Part shown: positions 39,195-50,998 of the stretch, piece after piece
Layout: every line of letters starts with the position of its first letter
Numbering within the stretch: position 1 is the first letter of the stretch
From: an uncultured Candidatus Rokubacteria bacterium
GTDB lineage: Bacteria > Methylomirabilota > Methylomirabilia > Rokubacteriales > CSP1-6
DNA length: 64,000 nucleotides
Assembly (NCBI GenBank): GCA_963776725.1
Contig: CAVZOE010000018.1
Coordinates: forward strand, 443,474-507,473
Reading direction: 5' to 3'
Notes under the pieces: generated by a model
Told to the model about the DNA's origin: nothing
Database searches by the model: none
What the model saw: the letters and a program-made list of their open reading frames with translations, nothing else
Position numbers and translations under genes: made by a program

Positions 39195-41369
39195 ATGGCC
39201 ACCAAGCTCACTCGCCGCGCCTTCCTGACCACGACCGCCGTCGCCGGTGTCGGCCTCACCATCCGCTTCCCGCTCACCGGCGGGCCCACCGACGCCTCCG
39301 CCGCGGCCGCGTGGGACCCCAACACCGCGCTGACGATGACGCCGGACGGCATTGTCACCGTGCACATCACCAAGGCCGAGATGGGACAGGGCGTGGGCAC
39401 GGCGCTGGCCCAGATCGTGGCCGAAGAGCTCGAGGTGGAGTGGAAGGACGTCCGCATCGACTACCCGATCGCCGACCCGAAGTTCGGCCTCATGCTCACC
39501 GGTGGCAGCTGGTCGGTGAACTGGACCTTCGACACGCTGTCGCGGGCGGGTGCCGCCGCGCGCCTGGCGCTGATCGACGCGGCCGCTCAATACTGGAAGG
39601 TCAACGCCGCCGACTGCGTGGCCGAGCGCGGGATCGTGCGTCATCTGCCGACCGGCCGCTCGATCCGCTACGGCGACCTGGTCGCGAAGGTGCCGATCAC
39701 CAAGACCTTCAGCGAGGACGATCTCAAGAAGATCACGCTGAAGAAGCCGACCGACTACAAGGTCGTGGGGCAGTGGATCCCGCGCCTGGACATCCCCGAG
39801 AAGACGAACGGCAAGGCCAAGTTCGGGATCGACACGTTCATGCCGAACATGGTCTACGCCAAGGTGGCGTACCCGCCGACCCGCGAGGGCGGCAAGGCCA
39901 CGGCCGTCGACGACAGCGCGGCGAAGAAGGTGAAGGGCTACGTGGCCACCGTCAACCTGCCGCAGCTCGTCGCGGTGGTCGCGACCTCCTATGAGGCGGC
40001 GGTGAAGGCACGCGATGCGCTCAAGGTCACGTGGGACCCGGGTCCCAACGCCAACGTCAGCACCGAGTCGATCTTCGCCAGCTTCGACAAGGCCAAGGAC
40101 GATCCCGGCGTGGCGGCGTGGCACGAACAGGGCGACGTCAAGGGCGCGATGGGCGGCTCGGCCAAGCAGCACGACGCGACCTTCACGACCGACTACGTCG
40201 CGCACATGCAGATGGAGCCGATGAACTGCGTGGCCCATCTCGACAACGGCGTCTATCACCTCTATACCGGCAGCCAGTTCCAGACCTTCGCGGTCGGCGC
40301 GCTGGCGGCCAACCTCGGGACCGACGCCAAGAACATCCGGCTGCATCAGACCTACCTGGGCGGCGGGTTCGGCCGCCGGCTCGAGCCCGACATCATGGTG
40401 GAGACCGCGCTGATTGCCCGCGAGACCAAGCGACCGGTCAAGCTGATCCGCTCGCGCGAGGAGGACATCCGGCGCGACTTCTATCGCTCGGCCACGCTGC
40501 AGGAGATGAAGGCCGGTCTGGGCAGCGACGGCAAGATCGTGGCCTGGGAGAACACGCTGATCGCCTCGCATCCCGGCAAGCGGTGGGGGCCCGACTTCGT
40601 CGACAAGAAGGGCCTCGACCAGTTCGCGCTCAACGGCGCCGACCACGTGTACGACATTCCCAACCAGATGGTGCGGGCGGTGCCGGTGGAGACCGGCATC
40701 TCGGTCGGCTATGTCCGGGCGGTCGCGCCCAACTACACGTTCTTCGCGGTCGAGACGTTCATGGACGAGCTGGCGAAGATGGCCGGCAAGGATCCGCTGG
40801 AGTTCCGGCTGTCGATGCTGGGCAGCGCGCCGCGGCTGGCCACCGTCCTCAAGCTGGTGACCCAGAAGGCCAACTGGGGCTCGCCGTTGCCAGCCAACAC
40901 GGGCCGCGGCCTGGCCTGCGTCAGTGCGCAGGAGAAGAAGACGCCGACCTGGACCGCCTCGGTGGTGCAGGCCAACGTCGACCCGGCCACCGGCGTCGTC
41001 AAGATCGAGAAGATCGTGTGCGCGGTCGACTGCGGCATCGTCGTCAATCCGGACGGAGCGCGGGCCCAGATCGAGGGCTCCATCCTCTTCGGCATCAGCA
41101 ACGCGCTCAAGGAGCGCGGCACCATCGCCAACGGCGCCCTGGTCCAGTCGAACTTCCACGACTACCAGGTGCTCCGGATGAACGAGGTGCCCGACATCGA
41201 GGTCTATCTGGTCCCGTCCACCGAGTACCCCACGGGCCTCGGCGAGCCGGGCACGACCACGATCGCCCCGGCGCTCAGCAACGCCATCTTCGCGGCCACG
41301 GGGGCCCGGGTGCGCCACGTCCCGCTCATGCCCGACAAGGTCCTCGCCGCCATCCGCGCCAAGGCCTGA
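39195..41369 (+). CDS. molybdopterin-binding large subunit (IorB/xanthine dehydrogenase family), Tat signal
   Basis: TRRAFLTTTAVAGVGL twin-arginine signal. 724 aa with aldehyde oxidase/XDH-like regions (MGQGVGTALAQIVAEEL, GGGFGRR). Confidence 0.88.
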   Translation: MATKLTRRAFLTTTAVAGVGLTIRFPLTGGPTDASAAAAWDPNTALTMTPDGIVTVHITKAEMGQGVGTALAQIVAEELEVEWKDVRIDYPIADPKFGLMLTGGSWSVNWTFDTLSRAGAAARLALIDAAAQYWKVNAADCVAERGIVRHLPTGRSIRYGDLVAKVPITKTFSEDDLKKITLKKPTDYKVVGQWIPRLDIPEKTNGKAKFGIDTFMPNMVYAKVAYPPTREGGKATAVDDSAAKKVKGYVATVNLPQLVAVVATSYEAAVKARDALKVTWDPGPNANVSTESIFASFDKAKDDPGVAAWHEQGDVKGAMGGSAKQHDATFTTDYVAHMQMEPMNCVAHLDNGVYHLYTGSQFQTFAVGALAANLGTDAKNIRLHQTYLGGGFGRRLEPDIMVETALIARETKRPVKLIRSREEDIRRDFYRSATLQEMKAGLGSDGKIVAWENTLIASHPGKRWGPDFVDKKGLDQFALNGADHVYDIPNQMVRAVPVETGISVGYVRAVAPNYTFFAVETFMDELAKMAGKDPLEFRLSMLGSAPRLATVLKLVTQKANWGSPLPANTGRGLACVSAQEKKTPTWTASVVQANVDPATGVVKIEKIVCAVDCGIVVNPDGARAQIEGSILFGISNALKERGTIANGALVQSNFHDYQVLRMNEVPDIEVYLVPSTEYPTGLGEPGTTTIAPALSNAIFAATGARVRHVPLMPDKVLAAIRAKA

Positions 41370-41381
41370 TCTGACGGTCCG

Positions 41382-41405
41382 CCGGGGGGCACCGATGCCC
41401 CCCGG
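41382..41405 (+). terminator. hairpin CCGGGGGGCA-CCGA-TGCCCCCCGG
   Basis: 10-bp perfect stem 13 nt after the stop of the large subunit. No U-tract. Confidence 0.5.
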
Positions 41406-41441
41406 CCCAGCCCCGTCGCCGGGCCGCGCCACGATGGTAGG

Positions 41442-41975
41442 ATGCGGTTTGTGCCGGCAGGCAACGTCGTGCTCGTCGGGTTCATGGGGGCAGGCAAGTC
41501 GGTCTGCGGGCGCCTGCTCGCGCGCCGGCTGGGCCGCTGCTTCGTCGAGACCGACGACGTCATCGTGGCCCGCGACGGCCGGAGTATCCCCGAGATCTTC
41601 CGGCAGGACGGCGAGCCGACCTTTCGCCGCCTGGAGGTCGAGGCGCTCGAGGCCCTGCGCCTCAAGGCCGACGACGTCATCGCGACCGGTGGCGGACTGC
41701 CGTGCCACGAGGGACGCATGGACGTGCTGCGCGAGCTGGGCACGGTGGTGTGGCTCCGCGGCGAGCTCGACGAGGTGCTGGCCCGCGCCCGGCGCAGCGG
41801 GAACCGGCCGATGCTCGACGGGCGGAGCCCGGAGGAGATCGCCGCGCTCTACCGTGGCCGCGAGGCGTTCTATGCGCAGGCCCACGTCACCGTGGACACG
41901 GCGGGGCTCGGCATCGACCAGGTCGTGGCGCGGATCCTGGCCGCATTGCGAGAGCGGCATGCCGCGCGCGTGTAG
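41442..41975 (+). CDS. aroK: shikimate kinase
   Basis: GFMGAGKS P-loop and ATGGG, 177 aa. Confidence 0.88.
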   Translation: MRFVPAGNVVLVGFMGAGKSVCGRLLARRLGRCFVETDDVIVARDGRSIPEIFRQDGEPTFRRLEVEALEALRLKADDVIATGGGLPCHEGRMDVLRELGTVVWLRGELDEVLARARRSGNRPMLDGRSPEEIAALYRGREAFYAQAHVTVDTAGLGIDQVVARILAALRERHAARV

Positions 41976-42090
41976 CTGCGGGTCGACCCGGGCCGATCGC
42001 GCGGTTGCTCATCCACGAGGTATGCCGGCCGCACGCCGGGTCATACCTCCTGCCTTTCTTCCCCCTTCGACGTCGTCGCCGAGGTGCCCG

Positions 42091-43401
42091 ATGCCGCCCA
42101 CTGAGTCGCTGACCGATCTGGGAGTTCGTGACGCCGCCGATGCCCTCCGCCGCCGCGCCATCACGAGTGTCGCGCTGGTCGAGGCGTGCCTGGCCCGCGT
42201 GCGTGAGCTCGACCCGAAGATCCAGGCGTGGGCCCACCTCGATGCCGAGGGCGCGCTGGCCACCGCCCGCGAGCGCGACGCCGAGTCCGCCGCCGGACGC
42301 TTCCGCGGATCTCTTCACGGTGTGCCGGTGGGGATCAAGGACATCATCGACGTCGCCGGCATGCCGACGACGGCGGGCGCGCGGGCGTTCGCTCACACGC
42401 GGCCCACGCGCGATGCCGCCGTCGTCGCGCGCCTGCGGGCGGCGGGCGCCGTGATCGTCGGCAAGGCGCACACCACGCAGTTTGCCTATCGCGATCCGGC
42501 GCCGACGCGGAACCCGTGGAACCACGAGCACACGCCGGGCGGCTCTTCGTCCGGCTCGGCGGCGGCCGTCGCCATCCGCATGGTGCCGTGCGCGCTCGGA
42601 TCGCAGACGGTCGGCTCGATTCTGCGCCCGGCCGCGTACTGCGGCGTGGTCGGCCTCAAGGGCCCTCACGGTCTGGTGCCGGTCGACGGCATCGTGCCGC
42701 TGGGCTGGTCGCTCGACCACATCGGTCCGTTCGCCCGCTCGGTGGCCGACACCGCGGTCGTCCTCGGCGTCATGGCGGGACGCGAGATCGTCCCGGCCTC
42801 CGTGTCGGCGCCGCGACTGGCCGTGGCCCGCCAGCTCTTCGACCGCGCCGACGCCGGCCTGCGGCAGCATCTCGACGCCGTGGTGAAGCGACTGGCCGGC
42901 GCGGGGGCCCAGGTCAGCGAGGTGACGCTGCCGCCCGAGTTCGCCGAGATCCACGCGGCCGGGCAGGTCATCCTGGAATCGGAGGCCGCGGCCTATCACC
43001 AGAACATGTTCGCCAAGCACGCCGCCGACTACGGGCCCGGCTTCGCCGCCATGATGCCGATCGGATTGAAACGCGCGGCGGTGGAATACGTCGTCGCCAA
43101 TCGCGCTCGCCACGCGTTCCGCGACGCCGTGATCCCGCTGCTCGAGGCCCACGATGCGCTCCTGTCGCCGACGGCCCCGGGTCCGGCGCCGGCCGGCCTG
43201 GGCTGGACGGGCGACGCGTCGCTGTGCGCGCCCTGGAGCTCGGCGGGCGTGCCCTCGATCACGATCCCCACCGGCCTCGACCCGACCGGGCTGCCCCTGG
43301 CGTTGCAGCTCATCCAGGCGCCGTCGGGCCTCGAGCGCCTTCTCGGCGTGGCGGCGTGGTGCGAGGGTGTGGTCGCCTTCGGGGCGAAGCCGGGAGCCTG
43401 A
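42091..43401 (+). CDS. amidase (amidase-signature family, GatA-like)
   Basis: GAGGTG lies before ATG 42091. GVPVGIKD and GGSSSGSAAAVA signature. Confidence 0.88.
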   Translation: MPPTESLTDLGVRDAADALRRRAITSVALVEACLARVRELDPKIQAWAHLDAEGALATARERDAESAAGRFRGSLHGVPVGIKDIIDVAGMPTTAGARAFAHTRPTRDAAVVARLRAAGAVIVGKAHTTQFAYRDPAPTRNPWNHEHTPGGSSSGSAAAVAIRMVPCALGSQTVGSILRPAAYCGVVGLKGPHGLVPVDGIVPLGWSLDHIGPFARSVADTAVVLGVMAGREIVPASVSAPRLAVARQLFDRADAGLRQHLDAVVKRLAGAGAQVSEVTLPPEFAEIHAAGQVILESEAAAYHQNMFAKHAADYGPGFAAMMPIGLKRAAVEYVVANRARHAFRDAVIPLLEAHDALLSPTAPGPAPAGLGWTGDASLCAPWSSAGVPSITIPTGLDPTGLPLALQLIQAPSGLERLLGVAAWCEGVVAFGAKPGA

Positions 43402-43403
43402 CG

Positions 43404-44999
43404 ATGCTCGACATCAAGATCGATGGCGCCACGGTGATCGACGGCACCGGGCGGGGGGGCAGCCGCACCGACATCGGCATCAGCGACGACACGATCGTCG
43501 CGGTCGGCGACCTCTCGCGCGAGACGGCCGGCAAGGTGCTCAACGCCACCGGCCGCACGGTGACGCCTGGCTTCATCGACATGCACTCGCACTCCGACTG
43601 GCGGCTGTGGGGCAACCGCCGCGCGGAGTCGAAGATCCGCCAGGGCGTGACCACCGAGGTCGTCGGCAACTGTGGGTTCTCACCGGCGCCGGTGGCCACC
43701 GAGTTCGTGGACGATCTGCGAGCGTTCGCGCTCTACATCCCGACGGGCATGGATTTCGCGTGGCGCTCGGTCGGCGAATACCTGCAGGCCTTCGACCGGG
43801 ACGGCACCTCGCTGAACGTCGTCCAGCTCGTGGGCCACGGCACGCTCCGCATCGCCGCCATGGGCTTCGCGCGCCGACCGCCCACCGGCGCCGAGCTGAC
43901 AGCTCATGCAGCGGATCTGGGCGACGCCATGAACGAGGGCGCGTGGGGCCTGTCCACCGGGCTCATCTACGCGCCGGGCTCGTGGGCGACGACGGACGAG
44001 ATCATCGCGGTGGCCAAGGCGGCGGCGCGCTACCGGGGCTTCTACGCCAGCCACATCCGCGGAGAAGGCGCCACACTGCTCGATGCGGTTCGCGAGGCGA
44101 TCCGCGTCGGTCGCGAGGGATCGCTGCCGGTGCAGGTGAGCCACATCAAGGCGGCCGGTCGCCCCAACTGGGGCAAGGTCGCCGACGCGCTGGCGCTGAT
44201 CGACGCGGCGCGCGCCGAGGGGCTCGACGTCATGGCCGACGTCTATCCCTACACGGCCTCCAGCACGTCGCTCCGCACCGCGCTGCCCGACTGGGCGCTG
44301 GAGGGCGGCGTGGCGGGGATGCTCAAGCGCCTGGCCGATCCCGGCGTGCGCGCGGAGATCCGCGCCGAGCTCGAGGACCCCGCGAACACCCAGAGCCTGA
44401 CCAGTCGGATGGGCTGGGAGCACGTGATGATCTCCTGGTGCCCGAAGCGCAAGGACGCCGAGGGCCACCGGGTCTCCGAGATCGCCGCGGCGCGGCGCCT
44501 CGATCCGCTCGACGCGGTGTTCGAGCTGCTGCGCGACGCCGACGGCGTGGCGTCGATGATTCTCTTCCAGCTCGACGAGGCCGACCTCAAGCGCGCGCTG
44601 GCGCATCCCGCCGTCATGATCGGCTCCGACGGCTCGGCGCTGGCCCCCTACGGGGAAAACGCCGCCGGCAAGCCGCACCCGCGCAGCTACGGCACCTTCC
44701 CGCGCGTGCTGGGCCACTACGCGCGCGAGCAGCGCGTGCTCACGCTCGCCGAGGCGGTGCACAAGATGACCGGACTGCCGGCGCGCCGCCTGGGGCTGCG
44801 CGACCGCGGCGAGATCCGCCAGGGGGCGCGGGCCGACCTGGTGGTGCTCGATCCCCGCAAGGTCGCCGATCAGGCGACGTTCGACGACCCGCATCGCTAT
44901 CCCCTCGGCATCGAGCACGTGATGGTCAACGGACGGTTCGTGATCAAGGACGGTGAGCACACCGGCAGCCTGCCGGGGAAAGTGCTCTCGCCGCCATGA
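43404..44999 (+). CDS. N-acyl-D-amino-acid deacylase (D-aminoacylase family amidohydrolase)
   Basis: PGFIDMHSHSD metal-binding motif and VSHIKA. 531 aa, starting 2 nt after the amidase stop. Confidence 0.85.
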   Translation: MLDIKIDGATVIDGTGRGGSRTDIGISDDTIVAVGDLSRETAGKVLNATGRTVTPGFIDMHSHSDWRLWGNRRAESKIRQGVTTEVVGNCGFSPAPVATEFVDDLRAFALYIPTGMDFAWRSVGEYLQAFDRDGTSLNVVQLVGHGTLRIAAMGFARRPPTGAELTAHAADLGDAMNEGAWGLSTGLIYAPGSWATTDEIIAVAKAAARYRGFYASHIRGEGATLLDAVREAIRVGREGSLPVQVSHIKAAGRPNWGKVADALALIDAARAEGLDVMADVYPYTASSTSLRTALPDWALEGGVAGMLKRLADPGVRAEIRAELEDPANTQSLTSRMGWEHVMISWCPKRKDAEGHRVSEIAAARRLDPLDAVFELLRDADGVASMILFQLDEADLKRALAHPAVMIGSDGSALAPYGENAAGKPHPRSYGTFPRVLGHYAREQRVLTLAEAVHKMTGLPARRLGLRDRGEIRQGARADLVVLDPRKVADQATFDDPHRYPLGIEHVMVNGRFVIKDGEHTGSLPGKVLSPP

Positions 45000-45009
45000 C
45001 GGCTGGGCC

Positions 45010-48000
45010 ATGAAGATCGCGCACGTCGTCGCCGACCTCCTCACCTCGCTGAGCACGGCGACCTCCGTGCAATCGGGGCTCGACCTGGCGCTGCGGCGCC
45101 TGCTGCGCCTGAGTGGCGCCGACGCGGGCGCGCTTCAGTTCGACCCTCCCCGCGGCGAGCCGATCGTGGTGGTGGCGGGCGGCCCGCGCGGCCTGTCCGA
45201 CGAGCTCGAGGCAGCCCTGCTCAGCGCCATGTCGCCCCGGGGCGACGCCACGGGTCGACGCGCGCGCGGGGCCGCTGCCTCGGCCCGCGGCGCGCGATCC
45301 CCGGCCGGCGCGATGGTTCGCCGCATCGCCCTGGGTCCGACGCGCCGGCCGGTGGGCCGGCTCGTGCTGATCGGGCCCGCGCGGCGCCTCGGCCGCCTCG
45401 CGGTCCCGCCGGAGTTCGGCCGCGAGCTGGGAGCGGCGATCGAGCCCGTGTGGCGGCTGCAGCAGCGGACACTGCGCATGACCGTCCTCAACGAAATTAC
45501 CCGGCTGCTCGTCTCCAGCGATTCGCTCGACGACGTGCTCGGCCGGTTTGCCGACGGACTCGCCCGCCTGGTCCGCTTCGACGCACTGGCGGTGGCGCTG
45601 CTCGACCGCGAGCGCGGCGAGTTCGAGGTGCTCGACGTCCTGGGTCGGTCGGCGCCGCGTGTGGCGCCCCGGGACGTCCGCATGGCGCTGGACCACACGC
45701 TCCTGGCCCAGCTCGTCGCCGGCGCCGAGCCGATCCGGGTGGACGACGTCAGCGCCGCCGCGGTGCCCGAGGTGAGCCGGCGCCTGCTCGCCGAGCGCGG
45801 GTATGGCTCCGCACTCCTGGTGCCGCTGGTCAACCGCGACGGCGTCTTCGGCTCCGTCACGCTGGCCGCGCGGCAGCGTAGCGCCTTCGACGACACCGAC
45901 GTCGAGGTCGCCGCCGAGCTGGCGCGTCCGCTGGCCTCGGCCATCGAGCAGCGCCGCCTGCTCGACGAGAGCCGCCGCCGCGCCGAGGAGCTGGCCGCGC
46001 TGTTCACGACCAGCCAGCTCATCACCGCCCGCCTCGACGTCGCCTCCGTGCTCGACCGCATCAGCCGCGCGGTGACCGCGCTGATCGGCTCGACCGGGTG
46101 TGGGATCGGGCTGCTGGACGCGGCGCGCACCCGGCTGGTGCACGCCGCCGCCCACGGCTTCAAGAGCGAGGAGTGGCGGGGGCTGGCGCTGCCGGTCGGC
46201 GAGGGCATCATCGGCCGCTGTGCCGAGAACGGCATCGCCATCCGGGTCGACGACGTCCGCAGCGATCCGCGCTCTGCCCGACGCGACGTGGACGAGCGGG
46301 AGGGTATCCGCTCGATGCTGTGCGTGCCGCTGCGGGTGGGCGGAAACCTGCGCGGCGTCATCTCGGCGTTCTCCACGCGCGCGGCCTCGTTCACCTCCCA
46401 TCACCAGCGGGTGCTGGAGGCGTTCGCCGAGCAGGCCGGCATCGCCATCCACAATGCCCAGCTCTTCGAGCAGAGTCTCAAGCGCGCGCAGGAGACGCGC
46501 GCGCTCTTCGAGGCGGGGCGCGCCGTCACGCAGAGCCTCGATGTGAGCCGGACGATCCGCGTCATCATGGAGCAGGCCCGCGCGGTCCTCGGCGTCGCCT
46601 CCTGCGGCATCCTGACGCTGGATCCGGTGACCCGCGAGCTGGCGCTGTCGGCCAGCCTCGACCTCCCTGACGCGATCGTCGATCAGGTGCGTATCCCCGA
46701 GGGCGAGGGCATCGCCGGGCGGGCCGTGCGCGACCTCCGTCCCCGCCAGAGCGCCGACCTCCTGAACGACCCGCGGGTGCGCCATCGCGAGCTGCCGCTG
46801 GCCAGCGGGCTGCGGGCGACGCTGGCCGCGCCGCTGCGGGTGGGCGATCGGGCCATCGGTGCGATCGAGGTGTTCCACAAGGAGGTCCACCAGTTCACCG
46901 CCGCCGAGGAGGAGATGCTGGTCGCGCTCGCCGACCAGGCCGCCATCGCGCTCGAGCACGCCCGGCTCTACGAGGGGCTGGAGGCGATGGTGGCCGAGCG
47001 GACGCGCGAGCTCGATCGCCAGAAGCGCTTCGTCGAGGTCGTGCTGGAGACGCTGCCGCTGGGCGTCTTCGTCATCGATGCCGGCCTCGGCATCGTGCGG
47101 GCCAACCGCGAGGGCGCGCGCACGCTGGGCTGCGACCCGGACACGCGAGCGGCCTTCGCTCAGGTCGTCCCCGATGCGCGAGCCGCCTCGGTGCAGGCGT
47201 TCCTGCGCGCGGCGTTCGCGGCGCAGACGGTGACCCGCTGCGAGGAGGAGTTCACGGTGGCCGGCGACCTCAAGCAGTTCCAGCTCACGACCGCGCCCCT
47301 GCCGGGTGGCGACGAGGGGCCGCTGCTGGTGCTGCTGGTGGAGGACATCACGATGGCCAAGCAGCTCGAGCGCCAGATGCTGCTCACGGAGCGGCTGACG
47401 ACGGCGGGGCGCCTGGCCGCCGGCGTGGCTCACGAGCTGAACAACCCGCTGGCCACCATCGCCGGCTGCGCGGAGTCGCTGCAGTCCCGGCTCAAGGAGG
47501 CCGCGCTGGCCGGCCGCGACGAGCTGGCCGACTTCCCGACCTACCTCGGGCTCATCGAGGAGGAAGCCTACCGCTGCAAGGAGATCACCGGCAGCCTGCT
47601 GCAGTTCGTGCGCGAGCCCGGAAGCCGCCGGACGTCGACCGACCTCAACGGGCTGGTCGAAAAGACCATTGAGCTGCTCTCGCGTCAGGCGCGGTACACT
47701 GCCGGGCGGTTCGCCACCGAGCTGGATGGCTCGCTGTCCGAGGTGACGGTGAACGAGGGTCAGCTCCGCCAGGTGTTCCTGGGGCTGGGCTCGAACGCGC
47801 TGGATGCCATGGACGGCCGCGGCTGTCTGACCATCCGCACCCGGCGGGCTCGCCACGAGATCGAGGTCGAATTCGAGGACGAGGGGCCGGGAATCCCCGA
47901 GGAGGTCGCGGTGCGCATCTGGGACCCGTTCTTCACCACCAAGCCGCCCGGGCAGGGAACGGGCCTGGGCCTGGCGATCGCGCAGGGCATCGTGGCCGAT

Positions 48001-48068
48001 CACGGAGGACGCATCGAGATGCACTCGCACGTAGGCAAGGGGAGTATCTTCCGCGTGGTGTTGCCGGC

Positions 48069-48072
<4 letters not shown>
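45010..48072 (+). CDS. sensor histidine kinase with multiple GAF domains
   Basis: About 1020 aa with repeated GAF-like segments. H-box [15 protein letters not shown], then [16 protein letters not shown] and GTGLGLAI ATPase boxes. Confidence 0.88.
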
Positions 48073-49437
<1,365 letters not shown>

Positions 49438-49544
49438 GCGCGTACTGACCGAATGCCTGACACGGCCCGGGCGTTCTGCCCGATCGCCGTGGTCGTCGCG
49501 TTCCCGCCCTCGTGCGTTTCCGCATACTTGCAATCGGCCGAGCG

Positions 49545-49560
49545 TGGCACTGTGGTTGCT
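49545..49560 (+). promoter_or_regulatory. sigma-54 (-24/-12) promoter TGGCAC-N5-TTGCT
   Basis: TGGCACTGTGGTTGCT matches the consensus TGGCAC-N5-TTGCW exactly. It lies about 55 nt upstream of ATG 49615 and just downstream of the NtrC-family gene. Confidence 0.75.
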
Positions 49561-49614
49561 CTGTTCTTCGTGGTTCCGCGAGGAACGACATCCGTTGAGA
49601 ACAAGGAGAGGTTG

Positions 49615-49971
49615 ATGAACCGTGTGCTCGTGATCGATCAGGACCGCGCGACCCGCGAGGGGCTGGGGCTGGCGTGCCTCGGCCGCAACGTGGCGGTCGC
49701 GTTTGCCGAGAACGTCTGCGAGGGCGTGCGGACGCTGCTGACGCTGCCCGTGTCACTCATCGTGGTCGACGCCGCTGCCCTGCGCATGACCGTCCGCGAG
49801 CACGTCGTGCTCTTCGAGCGTGTGGCGCCCGGCATCCCGGTGGTGGTCACCGTGCCGGCCGAAACGCCGCTGGAGCTCCGCGTCCGCTTCGAGATCGCCG
49901 GCTTCCGCGTGCTGACCCAGCCGGTGACCGTCGAGGATCTCCTCGAGAAGACGATGGAGCCCCGCGGGTGA
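49615..49971 (+). CDS. receiver-like single-domain protein (atypical: conserved Lys replaced by Gln)
   Basis: AAGGAGAG lies before the ATG. VLVIDQD, LIVVDAAAL and VVVTVP follow the receiver pattern, but the KP position reads LTQP. Confidence 0.65.
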   Translation: MNRVLVIDQDRATREGLGLACLGRNVAVAFAENVCEGVRTLLTLPVSLIVVDAAALRMTVREHVVLFERVAPGIPVVVTVPAETPLELRVRFEIAGFRVLTQPVTVEDLLEKTMEPRG

Positions 49972-50189
49972 GAGGTCTGCTCATCCGCTGGCTCGCGGGA
50001 GCCTTTCTGGCCCTGCTGGTGAGCGTAGCCGGGCTCGAGCTATCGGTTTGCCTCGCCGGCGAGCATGCGCGCGCGTTCGCGCACACGCGAGCCGGCCTCC
50101 ACTCCGCGGCGATCGACGACGAGCTGTTGCCGGTCGGCGAGGACGTCGAGGACGTCGATGCGTCGCCGACGACCTGGCTCACGCGCTGA
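49968..50189 (+). CDS. hypothetical small membrane-anchored protein
   Basis: GTGA overlap with the upstream stop. 73 aa with one hydrophobic helix LAGAFLALLVSVAGL and an acidic C-terminus. Confidence 0.35.
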   Translation: MRGLLIRWLAGAFLALLVSVAGLELSVCLAGEHARAFAHTRAGLHSAAIDDELLPVGEDVEDVDASPTTWLTR

Positions 50190-50342
50190 TCGGTCCCCTC
50201 CTGCTTCCTGCGCTTGCGCGATAACGAGAGGCGTGTACACTGTCTCTGTCCGTCCACACGAACGGCCGGACCTCGCTTCCGACGTAACGTCTCTTCCGGT
50301 TCGCGGGGCGTGACCGATTAGCGGAAGAGATCGGGGGTTTCT

Positions 50343-50752
50343 ATGGCGTCCAAGCTCTACATCGGCGGCCTTTCCTACTCCACCACCAGCGACGGCCTCA
50401 AGGAGTTCTTCAGCCAGAGCGGTAACGTCCTCTCTGCCACGGTGATCACGGATCGCTTCTCGGGCCAGTCGCGGGGCTTCGGCTTCGTCGAGATGGCAGC
50501 GGCCGAAGAGGCGCAGAACGCGATCTCCCAGCTGAACGGCCGTGAGCTGGACGGCCGGCGCATCACGGTAGAAATCTCCAACCCGCAGGCGCCCCGCAGC
50601 GGCGGTCGGTGGCGGCGGCGGCGGTCGTCCCGGCGGCGGTGGCGGACGGTCGGCCGGGCGGTGGTCGCCCGGGCGGTGGTCGTCCCGGTGGCGGTGGCGG
50701 CGGCCGCGAAAGCGGCTACGCCCATCGCCCCAGCAAACCCGTCAAGTGGTAG
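50343..50752 (+). CDS. RNA-binding protein (RRM) with Gly/Arg-rich tail; tail frame broken twice (~50607, ~50650)
   Basis: RNP2 LYIGGL and RNP1 RGFGFVEM are present. The natural tail GGGGGGRPGGGGGR...RPGGGRPGGGRPGGGGGGRESGYAHRPSKPVKW* is spread over three frames within GGC/GGT repeats. Confidence 0.8.
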
Positions 50753-50777
50753 CCCGCTAAGCCACCACTCAGCGAGC

Positions 50778-50819
50778 AAAAGAAAACGGGCCAGCCCCAA
50801 GGCTGGCCCGTTTTCTTTT
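50778..50819. terminator. bidirectional rho-independent terminator
   Basis: 19-bp perfect stem AAAAGAAAACGGGCCAGCC / GGCTGGCCCGTTTTCTTTT with loop CCAA. The arms themselves contain an A-rich run on the left and a T-rich run on the right. Confidence 0.85.
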
Positions 50820-50998
50820 GGAGCGACCGGTTCGTCCGGAGCGACTGGTTCTACGTCCCGTCACCACCGACGACAGGGCTGATCAAAAGGGTCCAGATGC
50901 GAGGCGGCGCGAGCAGGCCCGCGCGAGGCGTACTCTCCGTACGTTGAGCGCGAGGCCGCGAGCGCCAACGAAGCAGCTGGGCCCTTTCATCAGCCCGC

